From Candidatus Gottesmanbacteria bacterium (GTDB lineage Bacteria; Patescibacteriota; Microgenomatia; UBA10105; UBA927): 64,000 nt of DNA. This document shows positions 17,719 to 24,729 of this stretch, piece after piece (position 1 is the first letter of the stretch; every line of letters begins with the position of its first letter). Both the position numbers and the translations under genes were made by a program. The notes under the pieces were generated by a model that did not search any database, was not told the origin of the DNA, and saw only the letters and a program-made list of their open reading frames with translations. The stretch covers positions 75,528-139,527 of the forward strand of contig JAHFKN010000001.1 of the NCBI GenBank assembly GCA_023245355.1, given 5' to 3'.

Positions 17719-18616
17719 GGGTCAGACAATACCGCACAAGGTGGGTTAACTCCTGTTTGTGCTGTGCTGTGATTGGGAGTAAATCAATCTCATGATCGCA
17801 ATGTTCCAGAAGTGAGGTTTTGAGGTCATTTAATTCTTCACTGTTTATGAGGGTCGCGAGCGTTTGTTTTGCGTTTTTCTCGTCACTGCCGGTTGGTTTA
17901 CCCGTAACAGCACTGTCCCCTGCAACACTGAGTTCGTCATCCCGTATTTGGAACAGTAACCCCATGGACTCGCCCAGGCGGTCGAAAAGCGCAATGGTTT
18001 CAGGGGGGGCTCCCGAAAGTGTAGCACCGACGGTCATGGACAATGAGAATGTATATCTGGCGGTTTTGTACCGGTACAGAGACAGGACCTCGTCTTTGGA
18101 CAGCGATTGGTTTCTTCCGCTTATCGCGTCCTGCATCTGAGCGACGATGACCGGTTGCAGTTCCCGCGAAACCAGGCCAAGCATATTCATATCCGCAAGC
18201 AGTTCCTGTGCCATGAAAAAACAAAGATCTCCGGTATTTATCGCCTGACTGATGCCTGTATGGAGATCATGGGTCATGCTGCGGTATTGCTCCCACATGC
18301 TCGGCCGGCCGCGGCGCAAATTGTCCCGGTCCATGATGTCGTCATGAATAAGGAATCCTGAGTGAAACAGCTCCAGTGCCGCTGCGGCATTATAAATATC
18401 CGGCGATTCCTTACTCTGAAATAAAGAATAAATATACACAGTCAGGCTTCCCCGTGTTGTTTTGCCGCTCGTGACAAACGACATCAGGCGGTCAATCACA
18501 TCCGCTCCCCAGGAATTTATTTGGGATAGTTTTGCTTTTTTTTGCGTAAGGAACGAAATCAGACGATCGTCGACATTTTGTTTATGGGAGAGAATGGCAT
18601 GTAAAGAGTCGTTCAT
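17708..18616 (-). CDS. Polyprenyl diphosphate synthase (trans-isoprenyl diphosphate synthase family)
   Basis: First Asp-rich motif LIHDDIMDRDNLRRGRP. Second motif FQIRDDELSV. The start was moved to the internal Met (MNDSLHAIL) because the upstream extension overlaps tRNA-Pro. Confidence 0.75.
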   Translation of the reverse strand: MNDSLHAILSHKQNVDDRLISFLTQKKAKLSQINSWGADVIDRLMSFVTSGKTTRGSLTVYIYSLFQSKESPDIYNAAAALELFHSGFLIHDDIMDRDNLRRGRPSMWEQYRSMTHDLHTGISQAINTGDLCFFMAQELLADMNMLGLVSRELQPVIVAQMQDAISGRNQSLSKDEVLSLYRYKTARYTFSLSMTVGATLSGAPPETIALFDRLGESMGLLFQIRDDELSVAGDSAVTGKPTGSDEKNAKQTLATLINSEELNDLKTSLLEHCDHEIDLLPITAQHKQELTHLVRYCLTRDK

Positions 18617-18656
18617 GGGATTATTGTATCGTATTCTGATAAAATAGGAACATAAT

Positions 18657-18733
18657 CGGGGTGTGGCGCAATTGGCTAGCGCGCATCGTTTGGGACGATG
18701 AGGCTGAGAGTTCGAGTCTCTCCACCCCGACCA
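18657..18733 (+). tRNA. tRNA-Pro(UGG), intact, canonical bacterial C1:G72, CCA encoded
   Basis: CGGGGTG TG GCGC AATTGGCTA GCGC G CATCG TTTGGGA CGATG AGGCT GAGAG TTCGAGT CTCTC CACCCCG A CCA. Confidence 0.8.
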
Positions 18734-18752
18734 ACGTATTCTCCAACCTAAA

Positions 18753-19505
18753 CTATGATTTGGATTTGCCTCCTTTTTTCCACGGTCCGCGGGAAAGCAA
18801 AGGCCCATACAGATCTATATCCATAGGAATCTGCCACACCTCAAGTTCCTGTTGCGTTGGCTTCTTTTCGTCAAAATGTACGAAATCGACGCCGGTGATG
18901 ATGGCAACGGGTGTTTGTTCATTGGTTTCCCCCATGACCACCACAGCGGCGGCGGCCAGACCATCGGCGACATTCATCATAGTCATTTCCATTTTTCTGC
19001 CGAACAGGTCCGGTTTTCCGATAAAATCATTTAATCCGGAAAACCCGCTGTAGGACAATGCGATGCCGCTTACCCCCCAGCGAAGCGGTGTCGTCCTGCT
19101 GTCGGTAATGAGGACGCCCAGATCCGATAGTCCGAACCTTTCAGCAAGATGTTTACGGATCAGGCCGGCTGACTTTTGCGGATCCTCCGGCCACAGAATG
19201 TAATAGCCGTTACCATTTGATTCATCTATTCCTGCTGACGGCACCAGAAGATTTTGCGTGATTGTGAGGGTGACGCCGAGCGGATTCATATTTGTCGGAA
19301 TGTATTGTTCCGATTCCTGCAGGATAAGGTCGTTTTTATCTGCCTCTCCGATTTTGACCGTGCGCCCTTCGCACAGCGATACTATTTTGGATGTGACGAC
19401 AACTACGGATTTTTCCGGAAGGGTGGGGATAACGGCATCCAAAACGGCAAAGATCTCATGTGATCCGGAAGTAATCTTGGGTGTTTTAATCGGTTGTATG
19501 TTCAT
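18753..19505 (-). CDS. CofE-like F420-0:gamma-glutamyl ligase family protein
   Basis: Family-like segments are VVVTSKIVSLCEGR, LITDSRTTPLRWGVSGIALSYSGF and GETNEQTPVAII. Confidence 0.5.
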   Translation of the reverse strand: MNIQPIKTPKITSGSHEIFAVLDAVIPTLPEKSVVVVTSKIVSLCEGRTVKIGEADKNDLILQESEQYIPTNMNPLGVTLTITQNLLVPSAGIDESNGNGYYILWPEDPQKSAGLIRKHLAERFGLSDLGVLITDSRTTPLRWGVSGIALSYSGFSGLNDFIGKPDLFGRKMEMTMMNVADGLAAAAVVVMGETNEQTPVAIITGVDFVHFDEKKPTQQELEVWQIPMDIDLYGPLLSRGPWKKGGKSKS

Positions 19506-20041
19506 AGGAAACAGTATACCTAAGCAGCAGTGTTCCTTGCGCGTTTAAACGTTTTACCTCTGTTAATGTAAGGGCTGTATCTGTTTTTACCGGGGCCAGT
19601 ATACTCTTGCCGCTTCCGAAAAATCTGGGCTCTATCGTAATCAGACAGTCGGTAATCAGCCGGTCTTCAAGGAACGCGCGGTTGATTTCACTTCCTCCCG
19701 CAAGCAACATACGGGTATATCCCAACGCTTCCATCCGCGTGACCAGCTGCACGGGCGATTCGTCGGAAAATTCCAGTTGTCCGTCTTTGGCATCTTTGCC
19801 GTAACGGTCCGGCGTGCGTGTAAGGACAATTCTTAGGATATGAGGAGAAAGGTGAACCTGTTTTTTGACACTGTCATATGTTTTGCTTCCCATCACAAGA
19901 AGCGTATGTGATGCGATAAGATCATGAAAATGATTGCGGTCCTCCTCCGATGACCACCCGTGAATTGCGTTTTCCTGCCATTTGGTTGTTTTTCCGTCGG
20001 CAGTTTCTACCATGATGAGTGTAATGTTCATAGGGTTACGG
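19486..20041 (-). CDS. RibD C-terminal-like / dihydrofolate-reductase-like reductase domain protein
   Basis: MNITLIMVETADGKTT...LLVMGSKTYDS fits the DHFR/RibD_C fold pattern. The start was moved to the internal Met. Confidence 0.45.
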
Positions 20042-20362
20042 TAAGGGAAATAAACAAACGGATACATCAACACGTCCGTCAGACAAAAACTGCACGCCTT
20101 CCATTTGTAATTTCCGGAGTTGTTCGTTCGGTCCACCGAATGCGTATCCGGGCGCCAGTCTGCCGTCAGAAAATACCACGCGATGGCATGGTGTGATATC
20201 TGCGTCCGGATTTGCATGCAGTGCGTGTCCTACTCTGCGCGCATCTTGCGTGTGAAGCGCTTTTGCAAGCGCACCGTATGTCGTCACGAAGCCCGCCGGA
20301 ACCGTGCGGACAAGTGTGTATACCTGTTGGAAAAAAGACATATCTGTTTTTGGCGTACTCAT
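20036..20362 (-). CDS. ogt: Methylated-DNA-protein-cysteine methyltransferase (MGMT/Ogt) DNA-binding/active-site domain
   Basis: The PCHRV active-site motif is present. It is preceded by TTYGALA, a helix-turn-helix. Confidence 0.75.
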   Translation of the reverse strand: MSTPKTDMSFFQQVYTLVRTVPAGFVTTYGALAKALHTQDARRVGHALHANPDADITPCHRVVFSDGRLAPGYAFGGPNEQLRKLQMEGVQFLSDGRVDVSVCLFPLP

Positions 20363-21036
20363 ACGTGTTTGGATTTGTTCAGAGACAGTAATAATGATAC
20401 GACAACACGTACCAGAGATTCTTTCAGCTTGGTCGGAGCTTTCCCCGGTATTTCCAGGGTAAACGTGCGCTTACAAATATTTTTTTCATACAGCCACCGG
20501 CTGGAAAAACCCGCAGTTTCTACCGACTGGTCGTATCCTAAAGAAACATATCCTTTCTCTACATATAAGTTGAGATGCTCGTCATCCATGTCGTCGACCC
20601 CCGTATACAGGCGGGCATCCGTCGTATGGACGGCATCTCGGTACGCAAGAAGTTCGCTTTCTGACATATGCTCGCTGTCGTAGAGGTAAAAACCCATGGT
20701 TCTGTCAGGATCTTCGTGCACATCGATACACAGGGTAAAATGAAACGGACTCAATAGTGACATGACCGTACGAGCCTCCTGATCCGTCGTGTTTTCCACA
20801 AACTGCCGGTTGATGTCATGTCCGTACTTGTTTTTCCGGGTTTTTGCGGCAACTGCGCTCGGGCTTATCTTAGGGATATACAGAAAGTCAGGCAGTACTG
20901 CGTTGTTTTTCTTCAGATAAGCCAAAAGAAGAGCACCGGCTTCGTATTCATCGCCATGCATACCGGAAAACAGAAGAATACGGGGTGAAGCGCCGTGCAG
21001 ATAATATTCAAGTGAGGTGTGGGCGCGTTTGTCCAT
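20359..21036 (-). CDS. Zinc carboxypeptidase-like protein (M14 / succinylglutamate-desuccinylase-aspartoacylase superfamily)
   Basis: LLFSGMHGDEYEAG matches the HxxE zinc-binding motif region of this superfamily. The start was moved to MDKRAHT to avoid overlap with the tRNA. Confidence 0.45.
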   Translation of the reverse strand: MDKRAHTSLEYYLHGASPRILLFSGMHGDEYEAGALLLAYLKKNNAVLPDFLYIPKISPSAVAAKTRKNKYGHDINRQFVENTTDQEARTVMSLLSPFHFTLCIDVHEDPDRTMGFYLYDSEHMSESELLAYRDAVHTTDARLYTGVDDMDDEHLNLYVEKGYVSLGYDQSVETAGFSSRWLYEKNICKRTFTLEIPGKAPTKLKESLVRVVVSLLLSLNKSKHV

Positions 21037-21042
21037 CGTAAG

Positions 21043-21129
21043 TGCCGAGGGCGGGGGTCGAACCCGCACGAAGTGTTAAGCTCCACGGGCTCTTAAGGCC
21101 CGCGTGTCTGCCAATTCCACCACCTCGGC
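21043..21129 (-). tRNA. tRNA-Leu(UAA)
   Basis: GCCGAGG TG GTG GAATTGGCAG ACAC G CGGGC CTTAAGA GCCCG, a long variable arm, GCGGG TTCGACC CCCGC CCTCGGC A. Confidence 0.75.
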
Positions 21130-21207
21130 TATATAATTTTATTAATATGCTGTTGCCCCAGTCGCTTTGAGGGGCCACCTCGGCTATATTATTTTATTAA
21201 TACGCTG
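21120..21207. repeat. 33-bp direct repeat (2 mismatches) duplicating the tRNA-Leu(UAA) 5' terminus plus 21 nt of upstream sequence (copies 21120-21152 and 21175-21207)
   Basis: ccacctcggctatataattttattaatatgctg versus ccacctcggctatattattttattaatacgctg. Confidence 0.7.
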
Positions 21208-21258
21208 CTGCTTCCGCTGCTGTACGCGGCCTCAACATCAGTGATAATTATACCGCAT

Positions 21259-22239
21259 TCACTCCCGGAAAGTCTCCGGCACGCTGCTTCGCAACTTTTT
21301 CAGTTTTGCAATATAAAATCCTTCCATGAGATCGGTAGGATAAATACGGGAGGAGGTGTTGAGCGTATTATCATATTTTTTTGTGCCCCACTCCAGCACT
21401 GCCGGGTCGGTATGTAATCCTGATAGTGTCACGGGTTCAGCAACGATATTTCCCCGCTCTTTTTCCAGCACCCACTGTATCACTTCCTCGTTTTCTTCAG
21501 GACTCATCGTGCAGGTCGAGTATACGATTGTCCCGCCCGGTTTAGTTGCGCTGATGGCGGACCGCAGCAGCCACCGCTGCAGATGCGACAAGTCCTTTAC
21601 CTTTTTTACCGACCAGTCCCGGTACGTTTTGGGGTCTTGGGTATAAAATCTTCCCTCCATACTACAGGGGACATCTACCAATGTTTTGTCGAAATATTCC
21701 GGAAACCGCTTCCATATGCTCCTTCCGTCATCTCTTGATACGTGTGCGATTGTTGCTCCCTGAAGCACCATATTTGCTTTAAGCCGGTATATGCGCGTTT
21801 GGCTCGTATCGTTTGCCACAATTTCACCGCGGTTTTTCATCATGGTCGCCATCTGTGTGGTTTTGCTTCCCGGGGCGGCTGCGATATCCAGCACTCGGTC
21901 GCCGGGCTTGGGATCAAGAATGAGCGGCGGAAGCATACTGGAGAGACTTTGAACATATAGCTCACCGTTTTTATATTGGGGTGTTTCCGAAAGAGCCCGT
22001 TGTGTGCCATTCGTCAGAATAAATGCGTCCCTGTACCAGGAAACAGGAGTAAACGCGAATCCCGCGGCCTGCAGAGCGCTGATAAGATCATTCGGATTGG
22101 CTTTCAGCGTATTGATCCGCAGCGTTGTCGGACGTGTGCCTGAAAGCGCCAGTATAACGGAATCGTACATATCCGGAGACACAAGTTTATGAAGCCTGGT
22201 TAGAAATTCTTCCGGCAGCAATGAGACGGCAATCTGCAT
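21259..22239 (-). CDS. RsmB/NOP2/Sun-family rRNA (cytosine-C5) methyltransferase
   Basis: VLDIAAAPGSKTTQMA is the SAM-binding motif I. DVPCSMEG and YSTCT contain the conserved Cys residues. Confidence 0.75.
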   Translation of the reverse strand: MQIAVSLLPEEFLTRLHKLVSPDMYDSVILALSGTRPTTLRINTLKANPNDLISALQAAGFAFTPVSWYRDAFILTNGTQRALSETPQYKNGELYVQSLSSMLPPLILDPKPGDRVLDIAAAPGSKTTQMATMMKNRGEIVANDTSQTRIYRLKANMVLQGATIAHVSRDDGRSIWKRFPEYFDKTLVDVPCSMEGRFYTQDPKTYRDWSVKKVKDLSHLQRWLLRSAISATKPGGTIVYSTCTMSPEENEEVIQWVLEKERGNIVAEPVTLSGLHTDPAVLEWGTKKYDNTLNTSSRIYPTDLMEGFYIAKLKKLRSSVPETFRE

Positions 22240-22293
22240 ATCTGTATTGTACCTCTGCGCTGCAGGCCGATGCTATGGTATAATTTTTGTATC

Positions 22294-22383
22294 GCCCAGA
22301 TGGTGAAACTGGTATACACGCTAGCTTCAGGAGCTAGTGGCCTTAAACAAGCCGTGGAGGTTCGAGTCCTCTTCTGGGCACCA
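22294..22383 (+). tRNA. tRNA-Leu(CAG) with encoded CCA, immediately preceded by TGgTATAAT extended -10
   Basis: GCCCAGA TG GTG AAACTGGTAT ACAC G CTAGC TTCAGGA GCTAG, a long variable arm, GGAGG TTCGAGT CCTCT TCTGGGC A CCA. Confidence 0.8.
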
Positions 22384-22390
22384 AGTACGT

Positions 22391-22780
22391 ATGGCAGAAA
22401 TACAAACCACTCCGGAAACAGATAAACCGAATCCCGTAAGTCTGCGTGAATATCACCTTATGGATCGGCACGAGCGCAAAGCATTTTTAGGGAAACTTAC
22501 GAATGCGGAAAAGAAAGATTTACGGTTATCTGCCATCGTTGCGATGGAATCGAAGCCGAGAAGCGAACGCAGGGAATTGGCTCGCGAATTCGTAGCAAAG
22601 TTGGAAAAACGTGAGAGCCCCTCTGTTGCGGACAGAGTAGAGCTTCTGCTTGCGAAAAAAGAAGTTCTTCGGCTCACTATTCCTGAGAAACCTGCGATAT
22701 TTTTGCGCAAGCTCCGTTCAAAGGCTTTCCCCCGGTGGATACGGGAAGCGCATAGCCCCTTCCTTATAACCGGCCGGTAG
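22391..22780 (+). CDS. Hypothetical basic protein (129 aa) at the island edge
   Basis: ORF beginning MAEIQTTPE. The longer ORF-track start overlaps the tRNA and is rejected. G+C is host-like. Confidence 0.35.
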   Translation: MAEIQTTPETDKPNPVSLREYHLMDRHERKAFLGKLTNAEKKDLRLSAIVAMESKPRSERRELAREFVAKLEKRESPSVADRVELLLAKKEVLRLTIPEKPAIFLRKLRSKAFPRWIREAHSPFLITGR

Positions 22781-22964
22781 ATTAAAGACGTGCTTTCGCC
22801 TTAAGAATTAAGCAGTATTGAAGAATACTGAGGAGTAGAAATGTAAGCGTAATAATGTGCACCATCTGGGACGATGTTAGAACCTATCTAACCTCCTCTA
22901 TTGATCCAAAAGAGAAAGCTAGTCTCATCATTTCCATCGCTCATTTTAAGAAGGAGGGAAAACA

Positions 22965-23486
22965 ATGAGTTACAATTCGTCCTATATGGGCTCTCAATCT
23001 AACTCTCGCCAGACTGCAAATGCTATTTTAGCAGATGAAAACTCCTTTTACTATCGATTCGAGCGTGATTTGGATCAGGCAAAACACGAGGTAATCATTG
23101 AAAGCCCATTTATCACTGTTCCAAAGCTACGAAATTTGAAGCATGCCTTTGAGTCCTTAATGGAGCGCAAAATAGCAGTGTTTGTCATAACTCGGCACCC
23201 AGAAGAGCATGAATCGTTCATGGCCGAACAAGCTGAGGCAGGAATTCAGTTTTTTGAAAAAATAGGTGTACAAGTGTTTATGAGCAAGACTCACCATAGG
23301 AAATTAGCCATGATTGACCGTAAGATCGTCTGGAAAGGCAGTCTTAACATTCTGTCACACAAGAATAGCCGCGAACTTATGGAGCGCGAGGATGACGAGA
23401 AGAAAGCTAAAGACCTGTTTTCCTTTCTCAAATATGATCATGTCAGTGAAATACAAAATATTTGTTATACTAAGGAGGAAATATGA
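22965..23486 (+). CDS. Single-HKD phospholipase-D-family nuclease (Nuc-like)
   Basis: HHRKLAMIDRKIVWKGSLN is a perfect match to HxKxxxxDx6GSxN. At 173 aa the size is typical of Nuc/NucT-type dimeric nucleases. Confidence 0.75.
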   Translation: MSYNSSYMGSQSNSRQTANAILADENSFYYRFERDLDQAKHEVIIESPFITVPKLRNLKHAFESLMERKIAVFVITRHPEEHESFMAEQAEAGIQFFEKIGVQVFMSKTHHRKLAMIDRKIVWKGSLNILSHKNSRELMEREDDEKKAKDLFSFLKYDHVSEIQNICYTKEEI

Positions 23487-23713
23487 ACGATACAGTAACC
23501 AAAAAGTCAGAACTAGTCATTGATGCGCTCCAATATGCGCACGATCACAATTTGGATATCAGCAACATAATTGATGTACAGAAAATACTCGATGTTCTTG
23601 ACCCTGAGCACAAAGAAAATGCCTCTGAGTTTGCTGAGCTTCTCAAAACCTCAGATACTTTTATGGGCATGAAAGCTCGTGATTTGAAATCCGAAGACAA
23701 ATTACCCAATTAA
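23483..23713 (+). CDS. Small acidic protein (76 aa) translationally coupled (ATGA overlap) to the PLD nuclease
   Basis: The start overlaps the upstream stop. The sequence is Asp/Glu-rich. Confidence 0.35.
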   Translation: MNDTVTKKSELVIDALQYAHDHNLDISNIIDVQKILDVLDPEHKENASEFAELLKTSDTFMGMKARDLKSEDKLPN

Positions 23714-24006
23714 CTAGTTATTTTCTCGTCGATAATTGCTTGGCACCGTGATTTTGCATAATCCCTCGCATGAAAGGCACATGATTTATCATCACATTTG
23801 ATGAATGGATCATCACCAAACCCAATATAGGATTCATACAACTGTTCTGCATTCATTTTTGGTTGGTATGAGCTTTTCAGGCAGTCATCAACAATCTTCT
23901 TGCAGGCAACAATCGCTTCCTCACAGGTGTCATATTCACCATGCATATACCTCTCGCTCTCGTCCATGAAGTGAAAGTTATCATCAACAAATACTTGGTA
24001 TGTCAT
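23710..24006 (-). CDS. Small Cys-rich protein (98 aa), last gene of the ATPase-NERD operon
   Basis: Cys-containing segments CEEAIVACKK...DDC...KCDDKSCAFH. It overlaps the NERD gene stop by 4 nt. Confidence 0.35.
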   Translation of the reverse strand: MTYQVFVDDNFHFMDESERYMHGEYDTCEEAIVACKKIVDDCLKSSYQPKMNAEQLYESYIGFGDDPFIKCDDKSCAFHARDYAKSRCQAIIDEKITS

Positions 24007-24722
24007 ATTGCTTTTGTGTATGTAGCTTTTACTATATCGACTATACGCTGATCTGGATAGCTTCGAGGCTCGCTAGTAATCATTTTAATTAGCCAACGAT
24101 ACTGAATAACTCGAACGTTTTTAATTGGCTGAATACCGAATCGAACAATGGCGAAGCGATGGGAAAAGACAATGATTGGAATCACAAATGCGCTGGAGAT
24201 GCCTGAGCCCATCAAATGATCATGTAGAGAGGTGGCTTCTCGCATGGCTTGGCGCAGAAAGTCTTTCTCAAATGATTTTTGATTTAGAGTAAGTTCGTCA
24301 CCATTAAATCCAACTGTCCCGTGGTGATTCTTGACCTCTATAGCGTGAATCCCTGTTGGTCCTACAACCACAAAATCAATATTTTCTTTCTTACCAGGGA
24401 CATGGACATCTTCAAATACGGTATAGTTAGCATCCAGTTTTTTTAATTCATCGCCGATAAGCATCTCTCCGACGATACCGCTCCGAAATTTATACATTAG
24501 CGATTCTTCTTTTCTCATGAGTGAGTCAGTTACAAGCAGAAGTGGTCCAAATACCAGAGTGATTGCAAAGACTGCAGGTAACGAGAAAGAAGCGATAGAC
24601 AATCTCCAGATCACTATACCTATGATGATGGTGAAGTAAATTAAGTAGGCTAATGCGCCGTATTTACTTATGGTCTTATTTGCATTGAGATATCGACTGG
24701 GATGACCATAAATTACTGCCAT
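24003..24722 (-). CDS. Membrane-anchored NERD (nuclease-related domain) protein
   Basis: Two N-terminal TM helices. NIDFVVVGPTGIHAIEVKNHHG matches the NERD core ([DE]-x-D-h-h-h-x-x-x-G-h-x-h-h-E-x-K). Confidence 0.55.
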   Translation of the reverse strand: MAVIYGHPSRYLNANKTISKYGALAYLIYFTIIIGIVIWRLSIASFSLPAVFAITLVFGPLLLVTDSLMRKEESLMYKFRSGIVGEMLIGDELKKLDANYTVFEDVHVPGKKENIDFVVVGPTGIHAIEVKNHHGTVGFNGDELTLNQKSFEKDFLRQAMREATSLHDHLMGSGISSAFVIPIIVFSHRFAIVRFGIQPIKNVRVIQYRWLIKMITSEPRSYPDQRIVDIVKATYTKAI

Positions 24723-24729
24723 AACATAT

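Noticed and set aside
17107-17772. 221-aa plus-strand ORF
   Set aside because: It starts inside tRNA-Gly(UCC) and runs antisense across the DUF192 gene, so it is an ORF-finder artefact.
17708-18808. Long N-terminal extension of the polyprenyl synthase ORF
   Set aside because: The extension overlaps the plus-strand tRNA-Pro(UGG) on the opposite strand. The start was moved to the internal Met at 18616.
22337-22780. 147-aa ORF starting inside tRNA-Leu(CAG)
   Set aside because: The first 18 codons overlap the tRNA on the same strand. The in-frame ATG at 22391 just after the tRNA is the plausible start.
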